Assembly (NCBI GenBank): GCA_023254095.1 | Contig: JALNLM010000001.1 | Span: 1-64,000 of the forward strand | DNA from: Candidatus Geocrenenecus huangii | Lineage (GTDB): Archaea > Thermoproteota > Nitrososphaeria_A > Caldarchaeales > Wolframiiraptoraceae | Reading direction: 5' to 3' | Length of the DNA: 64,000 nt | Part shown: piece after piece, positions 38,993 through 48,240 of the stretch | How positions within the stretch are numbered: position 1 is the stretch's first letter | Layout of the letters: every line of letters starts with the position of its first letter | Program-made: the position numbers and the translations under genes | Notes under the pieces: model-generated | The model's database searches: none | Seen by the model: the letters and a program-made list of their open reading frames with translations, nothing else | What the model was told of the DNA's origin: nothing

Positions 38993-39388
38993 ATGAGTGG
39001 TCTGACTTCTGTAAAGGTATCGGACATAATGAGTAAGTATATCCTAACGATCCCTCCAGATCTATCTCTGAAAGAAGTAGCAGAGAAGATGTTAGAGAAA
39101 AATGTGGGAAGCGCCATAGTGGTGGATGAATCTAGAAAGTGTTTAGGGATAATAACTGAGAGAGATTTTTTGAGATTGTTTAAAGAAGGAGTAAACCGTT
39201 TCAGTCCAGTTAAAGAACATATGAAGATAAATCCTATCATGATAAGAGAAGATAAAAGCCTAAATGAAGCAAGAAATATAATGATCACACATCAAATCAG
39301 GCACTTACCAGTAATAGATTACGATGAGCGCGTGGTTGGAATCCTATCTTTCAGAGATATCTTTGAGAGGATAGAAAAGATAATCTAG
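38993..39388 (+). CDS. Tandem CBS-domain protein
   Basis: VSDIM, VGSAIVVD...GIITERD and IRHLPV...VGILSFRDI motifs. Confidence 0.9.
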   Translation: MSGLTSVKVSDIMSKYILTIPPDLSLKEVAEKMLEKNVGSAIVVDESRKCLGIITERDFLRLFKEGVNRFSPVKEHMKINPIMIREDKSLNEARNIMITHQIRHLPVIDYDERVVGILSFRDIFERIEKII

Positions 39389-39845
39389 GGATACTTTATA
39401 GTATTTTACTAGAATATTACATACGATATATCTCTCAGGACTAGGTGTGCTCCCTAAATCGAAAGACCATATAAGAGGCAAGAAAATCTAAAAAATCTAA
39501 TGGGCATGTGGGTTTCCTAAATATGGTTGAAGAGAGAAAAGGGGAAGTCCCAATGAGAACACAACCTTTTCAAATGATTCGCATTGTTAATGGAAGATTA
39601 CTCCAAGACTGTTAATCTTAGGGATTCATCTTCAAAGAGTGTAGCTTGCTCGCTAGTTTCGCACGCGAATGGACGTAGTGCGCTCCAGACTTCTTATCGA
39701 ATTCTTCAATGACCTCTTTTCTCCATAATATTACGCTGGTTTCCAAGACTTATTACGAAACTTGAAGGCCTGCCCCATATCCAAATATACATGTATCTTA
39801 GAACCCTCTATCATTTACCTATCAGGAACCACGGGTTCGGGAAGT

Positions 39846-42023
39846 CTATGAAATGTATGCCATGGATTTTTTAAATTCAGTCAGGATCCTTTCGTACTCG
39901 CGTTTCTGTTCAGGCGTTATGCTAGGCTTAATCTTCTCAAGAGCCAATAGGAAATGTCTCATGGATATCTTCTCTATGTTGATGTTCTCACGCATAGCGA
40001 TGATGGCCGCTTCCCTGCATACTGCCTCGATGTCCGCTCCCGTGTATCCCTCCGTCATTGCTGCAAGCTTACTTAAGTCGACGTCATCCGCCAGCGGCAT
40101 CTCACGAGTGTGTATCTGGAATATCTGATATCTTCCATCAGCATCTGGCGGTGGAACGAATATAACTCTATCGAATCTTCCAGGTCTAAGTAGTGCTGGG
40201 TCGAGTATGTCAGGTCTATTCGAGGCCCCTATGACTACGACGCCTTTCAGCGTCTGGATTCCATCCATCTCTGTAAGTAGCTGGTTAACGATTCTATCCG
40301 TCACGCCTGCATCTGCGTGTAAGCCTCTCCTAGGAGCGATCGCGTCAAGTTCATCGAAGAATATTATACATGGCGCGGTTTCTCTAGCTTTCCTAAATAT
40401 CTCCCTAATCGCTTTCTCGGATTCTCCAACCCACTTACTCAATACTTCAGGACCTTTTACACTGATGAAGTTAGCTTCAGACTCCGTGGCGACGGCTTTA
40501 GCGAGAAGAGTTTTGCCCGTTCCAGGCGGACCATACAATAGGATACCTCTCGGAGGTCTTATACCGAGTCTCTTAAAGACCTCGGGATACTTCAGGGGCC
40601 ATTCAACAGCTTCTTTGAGTTCCTGTTTAACAGATTGAAGGTTCCCTACATCCTCCCATTTAACGTTGGGGATCTCTAGAATTACTTCTCTAAGAGCTGA
40701 CGGCTGAATCATTCTTAGAGCGTTCGCAAAGTCTTCTCTCGTAACCTTTAGTTGTTCAAGTATCTCTGCGGGTATGACTTCCTTCTCCAGATCTATCTTC
40801 GGCAAGAATCTCCTAAGAGCGTTCATCGCCGCTTCACGGCATAATGCTGCGAGGTCTGCTCCCGTAAATCCATGAGTTATATCCGATATCTCGTCGAGGT
40901 CAACATCTTCTGAGAGAGGCATTCTACGTGTATGTATCTGTAGTATCTCTTTCCTTCCATTTCTATCCGGTACGCCAATCCTTATTTCTCTATCAAATCT
41001 TCCAGGCCGTCTTAAGGCAGGATCTATAGCTTCTATTCTATTGGTTGCTCCTATAACTATTACTTGACCTCTCCCTTTCAACCCATCCATCAATGCTAGT
41101 AGTTGTGAGACAACTCTTCTCTCAACTTCTCCTGTTACCTCGCTTCTCTTAGGAGCGATCGCGTCCAGCTCATCAATGAAGATAATGCTCGGAGCATTCT
41201 GCTCGGCTTCCTGGAAGACCTCTCTAAGCCTAGCCTCACTTTCACCATAGAATTTGCTCATGATCTCTGGTCCATTTATGGAGATGAAGTGGGCTCCTGT
41301 CTCGTTGGCTATAGCCTTCGCGATCAAGGTCTTGCCTGTTCCAGGCGGACCATAGAGTATTACGCCTTTAGGCGGATCTATGCCTAGATGTCGGAAGAGT
41401 TCCGGATGTTTCAATGGTAGTTCTATCATTTCCCTAATCCTTTGTAGCTCTTCATGCAGTCCACCTATGTCTTCGTATGTGACTCCAGTTGTCTCTTCAA
41501 GTCTCTTAACTGGAGAGGTGCTAACCTCTACAATCGTGTTCTCGGATACTATTACGGCATTTGTAGGAGATGTCGATGTTACTTTGAGCTCTATTCCCAT
41601 GCCCAATATAGGGACTACTACCGTATCTCCTTTCATTACAGGAAGATTCAGCAACTGGCTCTTCACTATTCTTGCAAAGTCTCCTACGAACGGGAGGGTC
41701 TCATATGGAGCGAGAACTATCTTCGCAGCCGGTTTAGCGTTTGCTTTAGAGATTCTCACGTATTCGCCTACTGATACACCTGCATTTCTCCTAACCTCAC
41801 CATCAATCCTCACTAGACCCATACCATCATCTTCTTTATATGGTGGCCATACGATGGCTATCGTCGTCCTCTTACCTGTAATCTCAACTAGGTCACCTGG
41901 GCTGAGATTGAGCTCTCTAAGAGCTCTACTATCGACTCTGGCTATCTTTCTCCCGATATCCCGCTGCCTAGCTTCGGCGACTCGAAGCTGAACTTCTCTC
42001 TTTCCTCCACTGTTACTCCACAT
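39846..42023 (-). CDS. cdc48: Cdc48/VCP family AAA+ ATPase
   Basis: N domain plus two AAA modules (GPPGTGKT twice, DELD twice, [10 protein letters not shown] and [10 protein letters not shown]). Confidence 0.97.
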   Translation of the reverse strand: MWSNSGGKREVQLRVAEARQRDIGRKIARVDSRALRELNLSPGDLVEITGKRTTIAIVWPPYKEDDGMGLVRIDGEVRRNAGVSVGEYVRISKANAKPAAKIVLAPYETLPFVGDFARIVKSQLLNLPVMKGDTVVVPILGMGIELKVTSTSPTNAVIVSENTIVEVSTSPVKRLEETTGVTYEDIGGLHEELQRIREMIELPLKHPELFRHLGIDPPKGVILYGPPGTGKTLIAKAIANETGAHFISINGPEIMSKFYGESEARLREVFQEAEQNAPSIIFIDELDAIAPKRSEVTGEVERRVVSQLLALMDGLKGRGQVIVIGATNRIEAIDPALRRPGRFDREIRIGVPDRNGRKEILQIHTRRMPLSEDVDLDEISDITHGFTGADLAALCREAAMNALRRFLPKIDLEKEVIPAEILEQLKVTREDFANALRMIQPSALREVILEIPNVKWEDVGNLQSVKQELKEAVEWPLKYPEVFKRLGIRPPRGILLYGPPGTGKTLLAKAVATESEANFISVKGPEVLSKWVGESEKAIREIFRKARETAPCIIFFDELDAIAPRRGLHADAGVTDRIVNQLLTEMDGIQTLKGVVVIGASNRPDILDPALLRPGRFDRVIFVPPPDADGRYQIFQIHTREMPLADDVDLSKLAAMTEGYTGADIEAVCREAAIIAMRENINIEKISMRHFLLALEKIKPSITPEQKREYERILTEFKKSMAYIS

Positions 42024-42242
42024 ACCTTTATTCTGTTATACTAGATGTCGAAACAACCATATAATGATTTTCCCTCAACATCATCTTCGACTAATACATG
42101 AGCTATTAACCTGTAAAGATATAGAGAATATAGAGACGTAAGCATTGAGATCAAGATCATTTAAAGATTTAGGCTATCTTATCCTTGTGTGTGGATTTTA
42201 TGGAAGAAGTTTAATACGAGTAGTTTATCTTCTCTAACAGAA

Positions 42243-42656
42243 TTGGGTGTAGATTTTTCAGAAGAATGGCTTAGAAACCAGCTTAGAGAATTGAATAGGG
42301 ATCTTCCTAGAGTTAGGGTTCCCCTCGCACGTCTACTTGAAATGGATAACCCGTCAGTCGAAACCGTTGGAGGAGATATCCATTACTTTGATAAAAGAGA
42401 ATTGAGAGAATTAGCAGAAATCTTGCCCAGCGAATTACATGAGAAACTAAAGCTACCGCTAGTGTTTAGGAGAAGTTTGGAGGTAGGGGAAAGCATCTAT
42501 TTTCTAGATGGGGGAGGAGCAGAAGCCGAAGTCTTGAAAAAGCTTCTAGGATTAGAATTTACACCATCCATTCAGCAGAGATACTATACGTATAAACCGG
42601 TTATCACTAAGCTGATTTCTAGATTCCCCTCTATAGTAGTTATTGGAGTCATCTAG
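42243..42656 (+). CDS. DUF61-like archaeal protein
   Basis: LN..LP..R..L..LL....P......G..H.FDK.EL...LKLP pattern. Start uncertain (42189 or 42243). Confidence 0.75.
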   Translation: MGVDFSEEWLRNQLRELNRDLPRVRVPLARLLEMDNPSVETVGGDIHYFDKRELRELAEILPSELHEKLKLPLVFRRSLEVGESIYFLDGGGAEAEVLKKLLGLEFTPSIQQRYYTYKPVITKLISRFPSIVVIGVI

Positions 42657-43365
42657 TTGAAAGTTTTTTCACGGCTCGGTACAGCGGTATTGCTACAGCC
42701 ACTCCGATTACTACTTGACCAAAATTAACTGGTAATTCACCGAGTGCATAGTATCCTAATATGAATTGCTCGTATACGAAGTAGCCTGAAACCATTATCA
42801 ATCCTGAGAGTAGTAATACCAGCAATAGTAATCCATCGGCTTTCCTAGACCTTACAGTCAGATACAATGGTGTTGCAATTCCTAGAACTGCCAGAGGATA
42901 CCATATAAGTGGATGGATAACCCCTGCTATAGACATAAGCAGAGTGAATGAAGCTTCGAACTCTCCAGAAAGAATGTATAGCCCAACTAAGAGAATTGCG
43001 AATAGATATCCAGCAGATACGATTAAGGATAGAATAAATATTCTAGATGTTTTTTCTCTACCTGTTAGCTTTAAAGCCAGATACCCTGCAGCCCATCCCT
43101 CTGCAGCTTTTATCAAGAGTGTGGCTGGAGCATAGATATGGTATCCTAGGATGACGTCTGCTAGAGCTGAACCTACACCTCCTGCGAAGGCACCGACAAG
43201 TGGACCAAAAAACAGAGCAGTGAAATAGATCATGGTTTCTCCTAAGTTAAAATATCCTCTCGTAGCCGGAACATATACTGTAAAGACTATAGTTGCGGCA
43301 GTCACTAACGCTGTGGATAATGCAAGCCTCGCTGTCTTTAAACCCAAGTATGAAGTAGATTCCAT
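42649..43365 (-). CDS. ECF transporter S component
   Basis: ALV..AT, PATRGYFNLGE, GP..GAFAGGVGSALAD, APATL.IK..EG and MV.GYF.YE...N.GQ motifs. Confidence 0.9.
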   Translation of the reverse strand: MESTSYLGLKTARLALSTALVTAATIVFTVYVPATRGYFNLGETMIYFTALFFGPLVGAFAGGVGSALADVILGYHIYAPATLLIKAAEGWAAGYLALKLTGREKTSRIFILSLIVSAGYLFAILLVGLYILSGEFEASFTLLMSIAGVIHPLIWYPLAVLGIATPLYLTVRSRKADGLLLLVLLLSGLIMVSGYFVYEQFILGYYALGELPVNFGQVVIGVAVAIPLYRAVKKLSTR

Positions 43366-43421
43366 TCTCTTTTATCTAGGTTCTGAAAGCAATATATAAG
43401 ATAAACCCTACATATAGGGAG

Positions 43422-44861
43422 ATGAGGATCGAGTTAACCTGCCCTAGATGTGGTAGAAAGAAAGAGTATGATGCATTTAGCGGAAATCTTTGTAGTTGTA
43501 GAACTCCCTATCTAATCGATTATCCCGTCTTCGTAAAGTATGGTTCTGAGCTTTCAAAACTATTTGCTTCAAGACCTAAAGGTGTCTGGAGATATCTAGA
43601 GCTTCTACCTCCTACTACGATTAGCCCAATATCTATGGGTGAGGGTGGAACATATTTTCATCATTCAGAAGGTCTTGGTAGACAGATTGGTTTAAGAAAA
43701 CTATACATAAAGAATGAAGCTACAAATCCTACAGGCGCATTTACAGATAGGGGGGCATCTATTGAATTAACTAAGATCGTTGAGATAGGCGTTCGAAAGA
43801 TTCTGTGTGTGGCGGCGGGGAATCTTGCTGTCTCTATAGCTGGATACTCTGCTAAGGCAGGGATCCCTTGTTCAGTCTACCTGAAACATGGAGTAGAACA
43901 GGTGAAAATATTACAGGCACTTGCATACGATGCAGAAGTATATTTCACTAATGATCCTCAGATAACGATTAGGCTGCTCGGAGAATCTTCTAGCCAATAC
44001 ATAGTTACATCCTTAAGCCCTCTACTAATAGAAGGATACAAGACATGCATCCTCGAAATTCTAGAACAATTTGATTGGAATTCTCCTGACTGGGTCTCTA
44101 TACCTATTGGCAGTGGATCGCATATCACAGCATGCTGGAAAGCATTAAGAGAAACTGAGAAACTGGACTTAGTAAAAAACAGTCTACCAAAGATCTTGGG
44201 AGGACAGATCTCCTCATGTGCACCGATCGCTGAAGCATTCATGAAGAATAAAGAAGATGCAGAGCCACTACAAGTAGATAAAACAATATTTCCCGAGATC
44301 TCTGATCCTAGCCCAGCCTGGGCTTATACTGCTCTTAGAGCCGTAAGAGAACTGGGTGGAGCAATAGTTAAGGTAGACGAAGAAGAATTGATGAAAGCCA
44401 TCAAACTGCTTGCAAAAAATGAAGGAATACTAGCTGAGCCGGCGTCTGCCGTAGCACTAGCATCTATGATAAAGGCAGTAGAACTCGGAGTAATAAAGAG
44501 AGATGAATCGGTTGTCTATATTGTTACAGGATCTGGAATGAAGGATCCCTCGATCATAAAAGTAGTAACTGAAAGCAGGAACTTTTCAGAGATGGGAAAA
44601 GAGAAACGAATAGGATTCACTAAGATGAAGATCCTAGAATTATTGTTCGAGAAGCCTCTCCACGGATACGCAATCCAGAAAGAACTAGCTCTTAGGCATG
44701 GTCTCAAGATAAGCCTTCCCACTACCTATGAACATTTAAGAGATCTCCAGACAATGGGTCTAATACAACAATCTCTAATATCGAGGAATAGAGAAAAGAG
44801 GCTTAGGAAAAAATATATTATAACTGAGAGAGGGAAATGGTTTCTTAGAAGAACCGTCTAA
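43422..44861 (+). CDS. Threonine synthase-like (PLP fold type II) protein lacking the catalytic Lys, fused to a C-terminal PadR-like winged helix
   Basis: N-terminal Zn ribbon, GVWRY, MGEGGT, NPTGAFTDRG (canonical NPTGSFKDRG), EPASA and TGSGMKD, then KILELL..KPLHGY.I...YEHLRDL...GLI...RKKY.ITERG. Confidence 0.85.
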   Translation: MRIELTCPRCGRKKEYDAFSGNLCSCRTPYLIDYPVFVKYGSELSKLFASRPKGVWRYLELLPPTTISPISMGEGGTYFHHSEGLGRQIGLRKLYIKNEATNPTGAFTDRGASIELTKIVEIGVRKILCVAAGNLAVSIAGYSAKAGIPCSVYLKHGVEQVKILQALAYDAEVYFTNDPQITIRLLGESSSQYIVTSLSPLLIEGYKTCILEILEQFDWNSPDWVSIPIGSGSHITACWKALRETEKLDLVKNSLPKILGGQISSCAPIAEAFMKNKEDAEPLQVDKTIFPEISDPSPAWAYTALRAVRELGGAIVKVDEEELMKAIKLLAKNEGILAEPASAVALASMIKAVELGVIKRDESVVYIVTGSGMKDPSIIKVVTESRNFSEMGKEKRIGFTKMKILELLFEKPLHGYAIQKELALRHGLKISLPTTYEHLRDLQTMGLIQQSLISRNREKRLRKKYIITERGKWFLRRTV

Positions 44862-45145
44862 TATAGTATCGAGAACTCTTTGAATTCTCCTACGTATTCT
44901 TCCCATTCAACCTCTATGTTTGTTACCTTTGCTCCAGATGGACCTATCCAGCACCATGATAACAATTTCTTAATATCTTCTTTCTCTCCTTCAAATACTG
45001 CTTCAACTCTCCCATCAGGTAGATTCCTGATCCAACCTTTCACACCAAGCTTATCAGCCATCTTTTTAGTATTCGACCTATAGAAGACACCTTGAACTCT
45101 ACCTTCGATAATAACATGAGCTCTCGCTTTCAACAGATTCACCAC
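44858..45145 (-). CDS. acyP: Acylphosphatase
   Basis: GRVQGVFYR, GWIRNLPDGRVEAVFEG and GP..A.V motifs. Confidence 0.95.
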   Translation of the reverse strand: MVNLLKARAHVIIEGRVQGVFYRSNTKKMADKLGVKGWIRNLPDGRVEAVFEGEKEDIKKLLSWCWIGPSGAKVTNIEVEWEEYVGEFKEFSILY

Positions 45146-45255
45146 TTCCCGCTAAGAATATTGTCTGATTATGTTATTTTTAGTCTTTCACTTTAATGGG
45201 AGTACGTAAACTCCAGGAAAACATATTTACAGAGAATTAACATTAATTCTCTGGA

Positions 45256-46401
45256 ATGAAAGTCGACGTAGTAGTCGTAGGAGGAGGAGCCATTGGCTTA
45301 ATCGCTGCTAAGACGTTAGCTGAAAACAATGTTGAATCTACACTGATTGAAGAACATGAGGAGGTAGGTCTCCCGGAACATTGTGCTGGACTATTCAGTC
45401 TCCTTAATTTTAGAAGGCTAGGTCTTCCGACAATGGGAAAACATGTTGAGAATATAGTGAGAGGAGCGGTCTTTCATTCACCTAAAGGTAGAGAAATTAT
45501 GTTAGATGCTGGGAAGACGATAGCAATTGTTACTTCTAGAAAAATGTTAGACTCTTTCTTAGCACATGAATATGAACGGAGAGGTGGAGAGCTTATCTTG
45601 GGGGAGAGAGTGGTAGACCTATCTTTTACTAACGAACTTGTAAGAGTGAGGACAAAAAGCGGCTTAGAGGTAAGAGCAAAGAAAGTAATAGACGCTGAAG
45701 GTATGGTTTCTGCTTTGCTTAAAAAAACGTTAAAGAAAACTACCGAGAGGAAGATGTGGATCCCTATAATACAGGTATGGGTAGAGAATCATTCACTAGA
45801 CCCGAGATACGTTTATCTATTTTTCGAAGAATATCTTCCAGAATTCTTTGCCTACATAATCCCAGTAGATGATGAAGTAGGAAAACTTGGAGTAGCATCG
45901 AGAACTTGTTTGAAAATGAAATTAGAGAAATTTATCACAAGGAGGACTCCAGGTTTAAAGATCATTCGAAGTGTCTCACACGCAGTTTACACGGGTAGAC
46001 CGTTGAGACCCGACTCAAGCTCTATGATTATTCCTGTTGGAGATGTAGCTGGACACGTTAAGGCTAGTACGGGTGGAGGAGTAGTAATGGGTGGCCTAAT
46101 AGCAAGGAGCATCTGTAGGATCATCGCCTCTCAGCTTGCAGGAGTATCGGAGACAGCTAGCCAGGATAAGAGAACAATAGGTTATCTCATAAGAGAATTA
46201 AACAAGATCGCAAGCTTTATGAAATTATTCAGAAGCTTGCCCATTCATATTATTGAGAGATTATTCGAAATCATCGATAAAAGTAACCTCGTTGAAGAGT
46301 TATCTAGGAAGGCAGACATGGATTTCCAATTTACGTCGATCTCAAGAATACTTATGAGTCCAGGTATTTTGGCCAGACTTCTATTCGCTTCTTTAACCTA
46401 A
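45256..46401 (+). CDS. Geranylgeranyl reductase family flavoprotein
   Basis: VVGGGAIG, P.HCAGL, DAEG, FAYIIP and VGD.AG.VK..TGGG motifs. Confidence 0.85.
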   Translation: MKVDVVVVGGGAIGLIAAKTLAENNVESTLIEEHEEVGLPEHCAGLFSLLNFRRLGLPTMGKHVENIVRGAVFHSPKGREIMLDAGKTIAIVTSRKMLDSFLAHEYERRGGELILGERVVDLSFTNELVRVRTKSGLEVRAKKVIDAEGMVSALLKKTLKKTTERKMWIPIIQVWVENHSLDPRYVYLFFEEYLPEFFAYIIPVDDEVGKLGVASRTCLKMKLEKFITRRTPGLKIIRSVSHAVYTGRPLRPDSSSMIIPVGDVAGHVKASTGGGVVMGGLIARSICRIIASQLAGVSETASQDKRTIGYLIRELNKIASFMKLFRSLPIHIIERLFEIIDKSNLVEELSRKADMDFQFTSISRILMSPGILARLLFASLT

Positions 46402-46431
46402 ATTAGAGACCTTGCTTTAATCTCTTCTACT

Positions 46432-46683
46432 TTATTCTAGCAGTGAAACAGACTTCAACTTACTAATAAGATTGATTATTGGTTCTCTTACTTCTTCCGC
46501 AGGCATATTGCTAACTTCTGAGAAGTGATTAACAACCTCATCGGTTGTTTTTCCATCACTAATACTCCAGATATATGCAACTACTTCATCTACCCCGAAA
46601 GCTTTGTCTTCCTCGTTTACCAATACTATCGAATCACCCTCTCTTACTAATGCACCTTTACGTTTTAATCTAGCTTCTTCCAT
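46432..46683 (-). CDS. Stand-alone PqqD/RRE-family protein
   Basis: 83 aa with a beta-rich N-terminus, then IW...DGKT..EV......and C-terminal L..L...L.E, the PqqD pattern. Confidence 0.78.
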   Translation of the reverse strand: MEEARLKRKGALVREGDSIVLVNEEDKAFGVDEVVAYIWSISDGKTTDEVVNHFSEVSNMPAEEVREPIINLISKLKSVSLLE

Positions 46684-46727
46684 GACTTCTTTTCCATAAC
46701 CTTGTATATAAGTATTCTTAAAGGATG

Positions 46728-47789
46728 TTAAACCCGTATATTCTCGATCAACGAAGGTAATTGATTGATATCTTCTATAATAGCATCCGCACCCCTGACC
46801 TCGAACTCTCTCGATAAATCTTCATTATTTGATACTGCTACGAATCCAACTTCTAATCCTTCTCTACAAGCTGCCTGAGACATGAGGAGATCTTCCATTG
46901 AGTTTCCAGCATATATCAATTTCTTGGTTCCAAGAGACTTTGCAGATTCTATCAGTGCTTTTGGACGGGGTTTCTCATACTCTAAGCCTTTGTCAGCTGT
47001 GAATATTGATGCTTCCATATTGAAGTACTTTAAGACCCGGCTAAGAGTCTTCTCAGTCTCCCATCTTCCTCTACCAGTAACTATTGCAATTCCTTTAGGT
47101 AAATAGCGGGCAAGTCTTCTTATCGATTCTTCACTTATTAGAAGTATCTCGTTTTCCAGAGTACCCTTGTAAAGGACATATCGAGGTTTCCACGAATACT
47201 TTTTTTCCACGCCTTCGCTCCCCAAGAATATTTCATCAAACAATGTTGCGAAAAAGCTTTCTCCAAAATTTCCAGGATATCCTAACATGGATCTTATTTT
47301 TGAAAGTCTATGATGAGTTTTGAGACTCGAAGCCTTAACATCTAGTAATTTCTCAACTTTATTTAAGTCGAAATATTCTTTCTTAGTCTTTAGCTCATTG
47401 CTTAACCATTTAAACGCTTCATGAACATATTCAGGATATGATTCAGATCCCTCTATTGGTTTGGTGTATTTATCGACATCCTTGACTGTATCCCATTTTT
47501 TAAGCTTGATATCTAGTGTGGATGGTAGAAAGATGCAGATGGTCTGGATGAGAGCCGAAGCAGAATCTGAATCGTTGTTGAATCCGCCCGTCATCCTCAA
47601 ACTAGCTAGAACGTCTTCGAAATCTTTGCCCAGCCTAACTTCGATATTGAAAAGCTTGTCAATCATGAGAGCTATGGATACCCTCATCGCTAGTTCATAG
47701 GAACCAGATGTATCAATTATCGTGCCATCACAATCGAATATGGCAGCTTCTGCATTCAGTATTCTCTCAATTCCGGCCAATATCCTCAT
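46728..47789 (-). CDS. HAD superfamily hydrolase with a large cap insertion
   Basis: FDCDGTIID, GGFNND, IVTGR, EKP.P and YAGNSMED motifs. Start uncertain. Confidence 0.85.
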   Translation of the reverse strand: MRILAGIERILNAEAAIFDCDGTIIDTSGSYELAMRVSIALMIDKLFNIEVRLGKDFEDVLASLRMTGGFNNDSDSASALIQTICIFLPSTLDIKLKKWDTVKDVDKYTKPIEGSESYPEYVHEAFKWLSNELKTKKEYFDLNKVEKLLDVKASSLKTHHRLSKIRSMLGYPGNFGESFFATLFDEIFLGSEGVEKKYSWKPRYVLYKGTLENEILLISEESIRRLARYLPKGIAIVTGRGRWETEKTLSRVLKYFNMEASIFTADKGLEYEKPRPKALIESAKSLGTKKLIYAGNSMEDLLMSQAACREGLEVGFVAVSNNEDLSREFEVRGADAIIEDINQLPSLIENIRV

Positions 47790-47856
47790 TCTAAAATTTT
47801 CATCATTCCAAAGCTTGGTTAAAAGTTTATCTATTGATATGCAGTTCTTAAAAGAC

Positions 47857-48240
47857 ATGGTTAAAGAGATAATATACACTGGGAAGGCTCCTAAACCTGT
47901 TGCATCCTATTCTCAAGCAATTAGATGTGATAAATTATTGTTTATCTCTGGACAGCTGGGGATAGATGTATCTACTGGAAAGCTGGCTGAAGGGTTCGAA
48001 GAACAAACAAGAAAGGCTTTCCAAAATATCAAGACAATACTTGAATCAGCTGGATACAAGATCGAAGATGTTGTCAGAGTCACGATCTATCTGAAGAGTC
48101 AAGAATACTTTAAGTCAATGAATATTCTTTATGAAGAATTCTTCAGGAACCATAAACCTACTAGGACTACTATTATTGCATCTCCACCGCTTCAAGATGC
48201 TTTAATAGAAGTAGACGTGATCGCTTATAGGGAAGATTAG
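47857..48240 (+). CDS. ridA: RidA/YjgF family enamine deaminase
   Basis: AP.PV..YSQA, FISGQ, MN..Y..FF...P.R and IEVD.IA motifs. Confidence 0.92.
   Translation: MVKEIIYTGKAPKPVASYSQAIRCDKLLFISGQLGIDVSTGKLAEGFEEQTRKAFQNIKTILESAGYKIEDVVRVTIYLKSQEYFKSMNILYEEFFRNHKPTRTTIIASPPLQDALIEVDVIAYRED

Noticed and set aside
38875-39288. 138-aa N-terminal extension of the FNR ORF in the track
   Set aside because: It is antisense to the CBS gene; the FNR FAD motif begins just after Met at 38874.
40282-41361. Repeated DNA (TTGCCyGTTCCAGGCGGACCATA, TAGGAGCGATCGCGTC)
   Set aside because: These are the conserved Walker regions of the two Cdc48 AAA modules, not independent repeats.
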